Shown: piece after piece, positions 26,090-38,410 of the stretch | Layout: each line of letters opens with the position of its first letter | Position numbering within the stretch: the stretch's first letter is position 1 | Assembly (NCBI RefSeq): GCF_018977255.1 | Contig: NW_024704743.1 | Coordinates: 108,812,001-108,876,000, forward strand | DNA length: 64,000 bases | Direction of reading: 5' to 3' | From: Callorhinchus milii | Taxonomy: Eukaryota | The notes under the pieces: generated by a model | Seen by the model: only the letters and a program-made list of their open reading frames with translations | Databases searched by the model: none | What the model was told of the DNA's origin: nothing | Position numbers and translations under genes: made by a program

Positions 26090-26672
26090 GGGGAGGTAAA
26101 TGTGGTTTCCTTGGAGCTGAACTGGCTCTAAGATGACACGTTTGACAATGTCAGAGTAAAACCAACTGTCTGTGTCTGTCTCAGAAATTCAGTTCCTGAA
26201 CCAGGTGGGTCCTCGAGACTCCACGGCAATGCTGACAACAGCTCAGCCAGCCTGTTTCGTCGGCAGGACTTGGAAGGGCAGACTAGGCACTGGGGGCAGG
26301 GACTCTTCTCATTCAGCTCCCGTTAACCCTGCAAGGCAAAGCCCTAATAGGAGGGTGGTCCTAGCTGGACAAATAGTGGAAAAGTTTGCCAGTGCAGTGC
26401 TTTCAATGGCAAGCTATGTGGCTTTATAGTTAAACTCTAGCTGTACCCCAACACACACTCTTGGATCCCCAAGCCTTCCCTCTTGACTTGCCGATTATTC
26501 GCTACAATGGGATAAGCAGTGTCCCTCCAGGGAGAGAATGCATTCCATTTGAATAAAAATCTCTGAACTTTCCAGGTATAGGTAGGATGCATGGAACTCT
26601 GTTTGGATTGGATACTCTTAAGCATGGTGATGGGTTACGGTATGTGTCAGATACCTGACTAACCAAAAAGGA
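26090..26672 (+). mobile_element. Longest copy of the unclassified retroposon family (5' limit uncertain)
   Basis: 26352-26672 aligns to 19912-20216. The GC-richer upstream extension is assumed to belong to the same element. Confidence 0.65.
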
Positions 26673-28754
26673 AACATCCTTCATGTCTGTATAAAGTTAA
26701 TATCCAAAATGGGATATATGATCAACAGGTTATTGATAAGGAACAGTAAATCAATAGATTTTAAAATATTTGTTCTTAAAACTAAATCCATTCTTGATTT
26801 TTTTTAAAAATATTTTTTCGTTTAAATTTGAAACAAATCGCTAGTCTTCTTATATCTTGTAGTTTTATTCTGTATATGTTCATGGAATATTGTGTTACAG
26901 TATATCCGCTGTGCATATATCAGGGCTGGAATTCTATTCACTAACATTATACAATAAACATAAACTGTCTAATGGCTGCCACAATATATGCTGCTGAAGA
27001 TTTAATATTTCATGCAAGGTTGGAAATGTATACCCTGCCAAATACACATTACAAATTGACACCAGTGCAAGATAATGGCAAATGAGGAAAAAAACAAATC
27101 TATGGGCGAGACAACCTTGAAAGAGGTCTCATTAACACACAGTTGCCAAGAAGAAAATTGTATGATATAATCATTGTAAATTACAGAATATGATGCAGAT
27201 GCCAGGCAAGTGAATCTATAAAACAAGTACATGCAAGGGACCAATGTTATTTTTTATAATTACCGCTTATGGCTTCAAAGGAAATCATTCACATTTTTAT
27301 TGTTAGCATTCGTCAATTATTAGGTCATTTTAGACCCTTTATTAATTGTAATTACATCCAATTAAGGTGAAAAGTCTGGGCATTGGATGCTGTTTCCCAT
27401 TGTTTTCAATAGGAACAAATCAAATAAAAACATGCTCAATAAAATGTTTTACGATGGTACATTTTTACGCATATGTCTTCTAAAGTAATGAAAAGAATCC
27501 ATCTCACTCTCTGACCCATTCCCAGCACCAATGATTTGGGGTTTATAATTCGCTTATTTCCATTTTACGAGCTCCTGCTGCAGCATCACTGTCCCGAGCC
27601 ATAAAGGTAGAAATTGTCTTTATTTTTAATAATGGCTGATGACGTTTCTCATGAATAATGTGATATTAGTCACTACTCCAGCGTCAACAAATCCTCCCGA
27701 TTAATGTATGTGATTTCGGGCTGTCTCATACTCTGGTTTCTGGGGTTGCTAGTCAGCGCTCCATTAGAATGAGTGACATCTGATTCTATGAGCCAGTCAC
27801 AACAGAGGCACCTTATTGCCGCAGTGCCACCGTGCACATGACAATGTCAGCCGCAGTGAGTGACATTCAGCAATTTGTTACTTCCTGTCTTAAATTGTAG
27901 TTAATCTTTCATCCTAAACTGTACACATGTGTGGCTTTAAGTAGGCTATCACAACAAGTACCCAGTAATACTACAGCACATGGAGAGTGACAGAAGGTAA
28001 ATTGCTTGTCAGGAGGCCTGTATTTCAATTCGAAGCATATTCCTCCCACACTGCAAACATCTTCCAATGAAACCCCTTCTGAACAGCTGCTTTCACTGCT
28101 AACTATTTTTGATTTAAATGTCAATAAAGCTCCAGCCCTTTCAGATATTTTGGCAGGGTAGTGCACAGACTGTCCTTCTTTCTCTACACTGTTTGGCAGG
28201 TTGAGTTCTATTTACCTAATCCTAGGAGCATGCCCCATAATAATTATCATCTCAAGAGACTGTTTACAGTGATAGAAAATGCTGATCGGGACAATAGGTT
28301 GCTGAATTTCATCTTTGGATTACTGTGACAGGTGACTGCAGTTGTAAATACAAATCCCTCTGGAGGATTTGAGCAGTGTGTAGCAGACCCAACAGCTGCG
28401 AAAATATCTTGTGAAGCGCAAAGATAGCCTTGAAACGTCCAGAATTCTGAGTACTAATGTTAGATTCAAGCAAAAGGACAGTGACTCTTGGTTCCTTTTT
28501 AATACAAAGAGATTAGTTGGACAACTGGTGGCAACAAAATTCCTCTAGTTGGCTCAAAGCAGGAGTAAAGTATGATGAGTGAATTTTCCAAAGGAACGTT
28601 AACAATTTAGCATCATAATTTTATTGGGATGACTAAAATTGTTCCACATCTATTGTGAAACTTGCAATTTCATTAGTATTTACAAAATTAAGCATGGGGA
28701 CATTCCTTCAATGGTGAGCATGTCATAACCTTTAAATGACAGGAGTGATCCAAC

Positions 28755-28972
28755 CTAATAATAATCCCTCCAAAAAAACAAAAAACAATAATAAATTGGT
28801 AATTTTCAATCTACAACTGTTTGTGGGACTGCTGTGCACAATTGGCTGCCGTGTTCGCCCACAAATGTACTGTTAATTCACTTTACAGTATATTCTGTGA
28901 AGCGCTTTGGGACGTCTAGAAGATGTGAAAAGCACTATATCAAATGCAAGGATTATTATTATTATTATTATA
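28755..28972 (+). mobile_element. tRNA-Ala SINE short form, 3' half
   Basis: cctaataataatccctcc...acaataataaattggt...gcgctttgggacgtc...(att)n. Confidence 0.85.
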
Positions 28973-29289
28973 GGACTAATAAATATGAGACAACCATTAA
29001 TCCAGTTGTACAGGATGGAACTTTTGAGGCGGAAAGCTGTCTTCCAGACTAAGACTGAATTTTAGAATGATCCAAAATTCAAACTGTTCTTCAATTTTAA
29101 ATTTTAAATGGTCTACAAGCTAAGACTACAGACTATTTCAGGCTTCTACAGTTGAAATCCACATGACGTTATATTGATGAAAATATGAACCGCAACATCT
29201 TCATAGTTACTTGCTTTGCTGATTTCTAGTTGCAAATGGAAATGATAATGGTAATAAGCCATGGGAGCAAGCAAAAAGATAGCGTCAGA

Positions 29290-29386
29290 ATAATACAGGG
29301 CAATTTTAAGACAGAGACCAGGAAGTATTTCTTTACATAGTGGGCAATTAACAGCTGGAACAGGTTACCAGGAAATATGGTAGAGG
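29290..29386 (+). mobile_element. Old CR1 3' fragment
   Basis: ...accaggaagtatttctttacatag...aattaacagctggaacaggttaccagg (RKYFFT..INSWNRLPG). Confidence 0.7.
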
Positions 29387-29446
29387 ATGAAAGAGTAACT
29401 ACAATTTAAGACAGGAAGTAACAAATTGCTGATTTATTTTGTTTCC

Positions 29447-29595
29447 ACCAATCGATTAACAACCAGGTTCCTACTTACTGCTAAGTAAATAGAGGGGTGT
29501 GTAGTAAGGCACTTGTCCATCGTTTCTCCCTGCCTGGGAATCGAACACAGGTCCTCTCGCTTGCGAGTGCTCTAACCACTAAGCTACATGATTCA
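29447..29595 (-). mobile_element. tRNA-Ala SINE 5' half
   Basis: Reverse complement of the head and CORE-like part of 43449-43803. Confidence 0.8.
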
Positions 29596-29660
29596 ACTAG
29601 ATGCGGCAAACCCAAGTCAAAGCGATTTAAATAAGTAGCTTGCCAGTTTCTTATCTTGTC

Positions 29661-29706
29661 ATACACACATATACGCACACATATATATATACACACACAC
29701 ACACAC
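29661..29706. repeat. Mixed (CA)n/(TA)n microsatellite
   Basis: atacacacatatacgcacacatatatatatacacacacacacacac. Confidence 0.9.
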
Positions 29707-29710
29707 CATT

Positions 29711-29730
29711 GCAGCGCCATCTGCCGTGTG
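29711..29730 (-). promoter_or_regulatory. CTCF-like motif
   Basis: Reverse complement cacacGGCAGATGGCGCTgc matches the 3' part of the CTCF core. Confidence 0.4.
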
Positions 29731-32700
29731 CGCAAGTGAGAAAAATGACAGTTTATATTGAAGGGAAGTGAAATTTCTGTAACAGGTTTTCAGCACCAAA
29801 TTGTTTGGCAAGCAAAATGCTGTTATTCACAGCTGTCTGATGTGGAAATGGAGGAAAAGTTAGCGGCGATTCTTTTGAGATTTGTGGCATGAATGCTAAG
29901 TGTTTGCAAAGATAGCCCCAGGAACGTGCTAGGGTCTCTTCCAAGGCACAATATTCAATCTGGGATCAGGAAGAGAAACCATTGGTACATCTTGATCTAA
30001 GACATGTGAAAAAATGTAATCCAAAATGGGATTTTTTTCTAGGTTACTGTAATATTAATAATAATCGGTGCATTTGATATAGCTCTATTCACGTTGGAAG
30101 TACATCTCAAAGTACAGTAACTGCCCCTGGTTTACCAGACTCCAATCCTAGCCGGACTGGGTCCAAAACCAATTTTATTTTTTTAATTCCATGCGGCTTC
30201 ATATTGATTCTCGACACCCAAATCTCCAAGTGCACGCCAACACCATCCTTGCTGGCTTTCACTCTGGCCAGGGATACCGACTTTCACTCAGATTGTTTGA
30301 ATCCCGGTAAATAATAATAATAATCCTTGCATTTGATATAGTGCCTTATCACAGCTCCAAGACATCTCAAAGTGCATCACAGAATATACTGTAAAGTGAA
30401 TTGACTGTGTATTTTGTGGGCAAAACACGACAACTGCACATGCTGGATTGCACATGCCGGATAGATAGATATTTGTTTGGTTAGTGTATTATGGGATACG
30501 AGGCAAAGGCAGGAAGTTAGACTTGAGGTACAGATCTAAGGTTTGGACCTGATCTGTGGGTGGGAGGTGGGGGGCATAATAATAGAATGGGAATGAACTA
30601 AAAGCGTAAGGTGGAGTCCAAGTAGTAGAAGTACAGAAAGAGACACACACATTCAGAGACAGCGAGAGGGACAGAGACCAATACACAAATAAACATACAG
30701 AGAATGTTAGAAAACCACAGTCAGTGGCAGAGAGACACACGCAAGCATACAAGAACACAGAGATCCATTATCATACCATTTTCATGCATGCAATGGGGCT
30801 AGTACCCATGAGGATATGCATGGTGCTCTCTGCTGTAAAAGAATTTATAGAATTTACCTGAACAATGATTTGTGTTACAAAACAATGAGCTTAGTATTAT
30901 ACCACTTACAGCATAAGTGAAGTGCTGGTTCCATTCCATGACTGTCTTGGGAATTCTCTTGTTTAGCCTCTGAATAACAAGGAGGATTGTATTCAAATTA
31001 AACATTGTCCCTGGTTGGAGTATAAAGGGAATCACCCAAAGGAAATGTGATCTGCTCATGGAAGTGAGAGCCATTTGTAATTATGGGACAAGGTCGGTTT
31101 GAGGGTGTCAGATTAAGATAGGTTTAGACACCATGTGTGTCTTTTGTGCCTTAATTGAATTGGCACAGGTAGATTGGATCAGGTCCAAAATTATCCATAA
31201 TCAAATGATAATTTTCATTATAAACCATCCAAATTACGAGTGCTAAAATGGTGTTGGTGTAACCAAATCCATCTGTGGAATTGATTTTCCATCAGAACCA
31301 ACTCAGACACATGCCAGTACAAGCTGGGATCAGACAGCACCAGGCTGTTCCACTTGTTTAATCTCTTGTTCTACCCAGTGCAAACACTCTAAACCTCATG
31401 GCAGAGCAGTCATATTCTCTCTGCCATCCTGTACCCTCTCACTGCTTTTAAAATGATATCCAACTTGAGTTAATGTGACACTACATTGAGTGAACGAGTA
31501 ACAAACCAAATATGAAGAGTTAAATGTTGAGTTACTAGTTTGTCTTGTGTTTTATGTTTTGACCTGTTTCTCCTATCTAGGCCAAGTTTCTGCTCAATCA
31601 TGAATAGTGGATTGGTATCTGCTAGGATATTGTTCAGACCATCATCGGTCCATTGCACTAAGAAAGATTAATAAACTTCAAAACGCAAAAGATGCTGCTT
31701 TCACTTCTCCAGCCAAGGATTGGAAGAATGTTGTTTTAGCACCACCCTTTGCCTACAAATACACAGTCACTACATTTCACAGTAAAATCCTGTGAAGCCC
31801 TTGAGACATCTCAACAACATCAAATGCAACGATTATTACTTAACATGTCCATTTGCGAATCCTTATACAGATACAAAATTTAACTTAATCAGCGGCAACC
31901 AATTCCCCAAAGATCTGATGGAGAGATGTTATAGGAGCTAAATTAAAGCAAAGAAAGAAATTGATCCAAATTAGAACACAATTCTTAGCATAATTTGGAT
32001 TCTGATCTCACATTACACAATCACACAGCTTGATAAGCCCTCTTTCATCCGCATTCAGTGAGTGTTGTTTTCTTATCCATCTGCCCTGTTTAAGTTCAGA
32101 TTGAGACGTTAACAATTTTAAGCACTTGTCTCCCAATCCTCAACCGGAATTCCCCTTGCTCCACTCTTCCTTTGGGTCACTTATGCCATGTCGTACAATA
32201 ATAGTCACATCAAAAATTCCAAAATTCATTACGCATGCAGTGTGTATGTGTCAGTCAATGAACCTTCAGTCAAAGAATCAATTGTTCAGGCACTGTCAAT
32301 CACATGGATTCTACAGTGAGTGCTTAATAGGAGCAATCGCATTAGAAGAACATTTTACTCACCGAGGATGTGTTGCTATTAAGAGGCTTCCAAAGTATTT
32401 GTTGGCAACTCTCTGCCAAGTCTCAAAGCCATAACCAGAACAGTATGGAGCAAGTGTATGCATACACAAGCTTCTCCAAAGCTTGTGTTCGTTTTTTTCT
32501 GCAGCAAGTGAAATGTAGTCATTTATCCAACTGCTGACTGTGAATGTAAGTGCTGTTTGTGTCAGCCACCCCATGCTGAGTGCAAATAACCAGCTAAGAG
32601 TTTGTTTAAATGCATGCTACAAAACAATTATCGGTGTATTTTTACGAATGCTACATGTTGGACTCTAAAACCTAATAATCATGAGGTCGCAAATAGTGAC

Positions 32701-32806
32701 TCCTACCGGTCACGGGATTATGTCACGCTGACCCATGGGAACTTCGCTCCAACACAATCCACTTCATGGTGTAACGGGATAGAATTCCCACGGGTTGGCA
32801 TATAAT

Positions 32807-33150
32807 AATAATACTAGCATTTGATATAGCACCTTATCACGTCTTTGAGACGTCTCATAGCTCTTCACAGAATAGACTGTAAAGTGAATTGACTGTCTAT
32901 TTTGTGTGCCAGTCATGAATTGAGTGACCAACTTATTATCAATGGTTAACATTTATTTATTGTTTTGAAGGGATTATTACCCCCGGTAAAGAGATCTACC
33001 AATCGAAGAACAACTGGGTTCCTATTTACTGCGAGGTAAACAGAGGCATGTGGAGTAAGGAAAATTGCCCAATATTTTGCTTTGCCGGGAATCGAACTCA
33101 GGTCCTCTCGCTTGCGAGGCAAGTGCTCTAACCACTGAGCTACAGGACTC
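32807..33150 (-). mobile_element. tRNA-Ala/CORE-like SINE, long form
   Basis: Head to (tta)n tail present on the reverse strand. Confidence 0.9.
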
Positions 33151-33249
33151 CACATGACTCACATCCGACAGGAGTTGTCATATGAAACTCTGTTACGAAT
33201 AGCATATTTTCACCCACATCATAACTTTGCTAAAATAGCACATATTTAA

Positions 33250-33640
33250 AAATAAATTCCCTGTTTTTCTCCCTCTAAAGGTGCTGACTTCTGTTGCAGT
33301 CCAGCTTCATAGTCCCCAGCAGCTAATTTTCACTCAAGTGCCTATTCTTCTTCATGTGTGGGCCCAAAGAGCAAGGGTTAGCAAGCAGGAGGTTATCAGA
33401 GCCAAATCTGACCCGATATCACTTGACATCCAAACACATGACTTTCCAGCAAGCCTCATTAAGCAGTGGTCATGAGCGGGGAATTGTGAATACTTTTCTT
33501 CCTCCCTAGCCCAAGGGCAGTAATGCTAATTGCAGTGCCTCAAATGCTACCCCAGCTGAGAGGACCTATTCGGCACAGAATGGCAATCATACATATGGCT
33601 CAGTGCTACACCAGGCAGTCTGCAATGCCATCAGAGGAGC
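33250..33640 (-). mobile_element. Near full-length AmnSINE2-like element
   Basis: Reverse complement: actgcctggtgtagcactgagccata...ctcagctgggg...gcccttgggctagggagg...tgctggaaagt...cacacatgaagaa...gtcagcacc. Confidence 0.65.
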
Positions 33641-34699
33641 CAAGCAATATTTATTTGCCCCATTCAAATACCAAGCAAATTTACTTTTACTCTACCATGA
33701 TCATCATACGAGTAGGAGACTGAAAAAATGAACGCACGTCATCGCTGTGTGCCACAGCTCTATTAACATAGCAAAAAACTGAGAGAGGAGAAATATCCCA
33801 GTGTTTATGCTCTGTCTCACGGCAATCTTATCTTGCAATTGAGTGACATGGTCTCCAGCAAGGGAACATTAATGGAAAGCCCAAAATAGCACACAACTAA
33901 AAGGTGAAGAAGATTAGCGTTGATAAAGTTGACTGTAATTTGCTGCATACGCAGATGTCCTACATGTGCTAATTAAATATGAGGCTCGGTCTGCCTGGGG
34001 ACTCAGCAGTTCCCGGCACAGACCAGGCTGCCGATGTCCCAGGAGGAGGCAGTGCTGCAATTGGGGCACTCTTTCATGGGCTACCTGCTTCAGCTCATCT
34101 AAGCAACAATGATAGCCATATGCGAAGCTGCAGGAAAACAGATGCTGTTTTTCCATTTGTGAAATCAAGTTGTTGGAAAACGGTCAGGTTTCCAACTGGC
34201 GAATGTATGGCAGGAAAACTTAACAAACAGCGCGGAGAGGAAGGGGAGTGTAGGGAAGTGGGGGGATGAATGTTTTGCACGTGAAGTTGAACTGAATTCT
34301 AGTTGCCAGTTTATGAGTTACTAACTTTGCTTGTATCAATTTAATTAAAAAAAGAGATGTACAGCAGAGAACCCCAGCTTTAATGAAGAACATTAATTTC
34401 TGTACACGTGTGCCTGTGGTCACATTACTACTAATTACTGGACTCTTCCCTTTATCTGTTTCCAAGAAAGCCTCCGCTGGTTTAGAAACAAGAAAAAAAA
34501 ACATGAAGCTTTAGTTTTCTAATAAGTTTTCTAATAAGCTTAAATTGCACACAATCAGTGTAATTTTAAATTGAAGCTGCATTTGGATAACAAATATGAA
34601 CATTTTGGTCCAAACAAAGAATCATAATGATTTAGAAAGATATTTACACCCACCTCCAATATTATGAGCATTTAATGCAGTCTGGTATAACTAAAAACT

Positions 34700-34955
34700 T
34701 GATATTATCATGCAGGAAAATTCAAAGAATGTTGATAGAGGCAGTCCTGGGGAGAACAATCAGAATGATCGCCAAAAGGATTAAAGGGATGGGCTGTGAG
34801 GAGTGACTAGATAAGACATGTCTCTCCTGAAGAGACATATCTCAGACTTGACTTTATAGAGATTTAAAATATGCTAAATGGGAATAAAGTAAACATTCAG
34901 ATAAGCAAAGGCAGCAGGACAAAAGTGTTCAGATTTAGGATCAGAATCAGTGGTT
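34700..34955 (+). mobile_element. Old CR1 fragment
   Basis: Degenerate ..KGMGCEE*LDK.. and gcaggacaaaagtgttcagattt region of the CR1 ORF2 end. Confidence 0.5.
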
Positions 34956-34956
34956 A

Positions 34957-35479
34957 AAACTCTGCAGCCCGCATCCTCTCCCGCACCAGGTTCCGTGATC
35001 CTATCACCCCCATCCTCGCCTGACTCCACTGGCTTCCCATCACACAAAGGATACAGTTCAAGATCCTGGTCCTCACTTTCAAAGCCCTCCATGGTCTTGC
35101 TCCCTCCTACCCTTGCGACTTCCTAACCCCCTGCCAACCTGCTCGCTCCCTCTGTTCAGGAGGCTCTGGCCTGCTTCACATCCCCCAACTAGCTCGCCCC
35201 ACTATTGGCGGGCGGGCCTTCTGTCACTCTGCCCCCACCCTCTGGAACTCCATCCCGCAGTCCCTCCACCTCACCCCCTCCCTTGACTCCTTCAAGACCC
35301 GTTTGAAAACCCTCCTCTTCGACTGTGTCTTCGGTCACCCTCCTTCCCCCCTTGCCCTCTACCCTCCCCCTCTCCCCTACCACCAGCTCGGGTCTGAAAC
35401 TCTGTCTGTCCAGCACCTTAGGACAGTCTCTTGAAGTGAAAGGCGCTATGCAAATGTAATTTTGTTGTTGTTGTTGTTG
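34957..35479 (+). mobile_element. L2 3' end
   Basis: ITPILA.LHWLP..RI.FKILVLTFKALHGLAPSY motif; (ttg)n tail. Confidence 0.9.
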
Positions 35480-35481
35480 AT

Positions 35482-35835
35482 GGAGCACTCGCCTCGCAAG
35501 CGAGCGACCTGGGTTCGATTTCCGGCAAGGCAAAACGTTAGGCAAGTTTTCTTACTCCACACACCTCAGTTTACCTAATAGTAAGTAGGAACCCGGTTGT
35601 TTGTCGATTGCCGGATCGCTGTTCCGATGGTAATAATTCCTTCAAACAAAAAAAAAGTGGTCACTTAATCCACAACTGTTTGTGGGACACTGCTCTGTGC
35701 AATTGGCTGCCACGTTTCGCCCACAAAACATACAGTCAATTCACTCTACAGTATGTTCTGTGAAGTTCTTTGAGATATCTAGAAGATATGATAAGGCACT
35801 ATATCAAATGCAAGGTTTATTATCATATTATTATA
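35482..35835 (+). mobile_element. tRNA-Ala/CORE-like SINE, long form, lacking the first ~20 nt
   Basis: Aligns to 43449-43803. Confidence 0.88.
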
Positions 35836-36095
35836 GAATAGGCTTGACTTGATTGACTTGAATGGCCTAACTTGATTGCTATATCACAAATACTTAATAG
35901 TTGTTGGTCCAATCCGTGATTCCCTGACTCCATCAGCAGTTCCTCACTTCCTGGTAGCTTGGTCAATCATGTTATTTATTAAGGTTTGTGGACGGTTAAT
36001 CATTTTCTCAAAATATCACCATTGGTCAGCTCACTTCTGGTTCTCAAGGTCTGTCCATAAACATGAGTTAGTGGATTCCTGAAAACCTTCTAGAT

Positions 36096-36156
36096 CAGTG
36101 GTGGCCGAGCCATTAGATTTTATTTGGCTGACCGACCAAAACAGTTGGCCCCAGTG
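36096..36156. mobile_element. 61-bp hAT-type MITE with 8-bp TSD
   Basis: Ends cagtggtggcc and ggccccagtg (imperfect TIR), flanked by ttctagat and ttccagat (7/8). Confidence 0.7.
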
Positions 36157-36192
36157 TTCCAGATCATTGCTAAGTCATTTCGTAAGGAACAT

Positions 36193-36222
36193 TGCAGTAT
36201 TCCTTATCACCAGGTGGCAGCA
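36193..36222 (+). promoter_or_regulatory. CTCF motif with upstream (ZF9-11) module
   Basis: TGCAGTATTCC followed by ttatCACCAGGTGGCAGCA. Confidence 0.55.
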
Positions 36223-37771
36223 CACCTTGCAAGCAAGTGCTTTGCTTCCTTTTCAGATCCCAATGTCTGATATTTTTTTAAATCAGATCTGAGGCAGGTT
36301 ATTTTAATCTTATAAATCCCAAGCCCTACACTGGGCTCCAAGTTGTTGTTTAGCATTTATTTTGCAGCAATGATTTTCTGAGAAGAGCCAAAAATACTGT
36401 GTTCGCCTGAGCCAAAAATCAACTATTTATCAATCAGCCCAGAGACCTGGGGCCTAACCACTCAATATAAAGTGTCAGCCTCGACAATGAGTCTGTGGGG
36501 CTTGAACCTGCAACCTTCTGACACAGAGACCGACCAACTGAGCCAAGCTGACAAAGAACACTCAGTTGTCATGCTGCAATGCTTGTATTTGGTTTGCCTA
36601 CAAAACAATCACTACAGCCACTTTACAGTATATCCTGTGAACCACTTTGGGAGGTCCTCTCAATGTAAAAGGCACTATATCAAATGTAAGGTTATTATTA
36701 TTCAAGGAAATCACATGTTTAATTCAACAGCTTAATCTAAACACACAAGAATTCCACAATAGAACCAGGGTTGCCATACCTAGTTGAGTGCCCAGGAAAT
36801 GCCTCCTCCTTGATTTGATGCTGAACCTTTTGAGAATCACTCAATTTGTAGATTGAAAGTGGCTTTGAATGGCTTGGTCTGAAGCCAAATTTCTGACAAG
36901 ATAGCAGGTTGTTCCAATTGAGATGGAGCCGCAGATTTTCCTTCACTATGGTTTAACACAATTAGCAGAAGAGACAATGAATAGTTGTTGGGGGTCTGAC
37001 TTTGATTTTCCAAGTTGCAGAATTTCATTCTCCCTCTGCTTCCCGGTGAGTCCACAGCACAATGGCTCAACAAAAATTATGCACAGTCAGCAATATTTTA
37101 ACAATATTCCTGTTCAGCAAGACCAAATGTCCATCTGGAAATATGCTGGCAGCAAATCCCCCCAAAAATATGATAATACAATAAAAATGAGTCACTTACC
37201 CATGGCTGTTTGTGAGACATTGCTGTACCCAAATTGATTGCAGCATTCACCTGCAACATACAGTCACATTGCTTTACAGTATATCTTGTGACCTCTTTGA
37301 GATGGCTAGATAAAGTGCTTTATCAAGTGCAAGTATTATTATTATTACTATTATTATTTCCTTCTTCTTCACTTGGGGCTCTAGAATAAAAATAGAATTG
37401 AAGACCCGGTTTTTAACACAGGGAAAGTTGAAGTTTCCTCTGGTTTGTAAGCCCTGTGTTGGTTGTAAATTTTAGTAACCAATCATGAAGAGGCAAGATT
37501 AAGCACTTAATGTCCCCATAATGAGTAGTTAATAAACCCATTAGTGAATTAATTCTACATTTATCTAAAGGTAAGAGAAATTAATACTTGGGAATCCTTT
37601 GAATTAGAGACAATTCTCAAGCAGCCTATGGCTTTTGTGCCTGAAACCCTCCTCCCAGAACTGAAGAAAAATAAAAAAAACAATAATAATTATTATGCAA
37701 CTGGAACTGTTAATAAGACTATTAAAAATAGCTTGTCCTTACCATTCAAAACAATTTTCAAAAGGATTACC

Positions 37772-37813
37772 CTTGTCCATTGTAAATATTCTCTTGTCCA
37801 TTGTAAATATTCT
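37772..37813. repeat. 21-bp perfect tandem duplication
   Basis: cttgtccattgtaaatattct x2. Confidence 0.95.
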
Positions 37814-38039
37814 CTGTTTGCAGACTCCAGAACTGTATACTTACTGTAGATGGGTCAGACTAAATGCCTGATTGGGAGTGGGATAATCAGGGATGTATGC
37901 AGACAGACACCATCTAATATTCCACTGGAAATAATGGTTCCTGTGTCACTGAAGCCAGAAGATCAGTGGATCCATTTGTGGGCACAGCTCGTGAGGTTGA
38001 ATGATGGAAATTTAGTGATGGAGAGATATTCTGAAGTTT

Positions 38040-38410
38040 AATTCATACTTTTGGGGATCAAACTGTAATTGTGTAGAATTTTCCACTGGGACATTGAATA
38101 GGTAGAAAAATGTCTGTCAGAGGGTATGTGGGCTGTAGAAAGGAAGAGCTGAATAGTCCCTTCTTGTGCAGTGCTTGTGCTTTTTAAATACCCTTCCTCA
38201 AATTGCTGATAAACAGCATGGGACACAGAACCCAGAAGAGACAGTGCAGAATCCGAATAGCCACTGGGTCTCAGAGTCTTTTTTTTCTTCCTTCACTTTA
38301 CACCTTCTGCTCTCCATGACCAAACCATTAATTGCACGAGCATTAACCTTCTTTCAATGTACTGAGTGTGGGTCTTCATCAAATGCTTCCTGCAAATCCA
38401 AGCAAATGAT
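38040..38410 (-). mobile_element. Ancient CR1 RT remnant
   Basis: Reverse strand ICLDLQEAFDEDPH resembles [14 protein letters not shown]. Confidence 0.55.

Larger units (their letters stand above)
27867..29432. repeat. 49-bp inverted repeat pair (27867-27915 and 29384-29432)
   Basis: tcagcaatttgttacttcctgtcttaaattgtagttaatctttcatcct versus aggatgaaagagtaactacaatttaagacaggaagtaacaaattgctga: 48/49 reverse-complement identity. Confidence 0.95.

Noticed and set aside
30113..30310. Tc1/pogo MITE starting TA-CAGTAAC
   Set aside because: No matching right-hand TIR was found.
30635..30765. ORF 30489-30758 with a hydrophobic stretch
   Set aside because: It derives from AG/AC low-complexity sequence.
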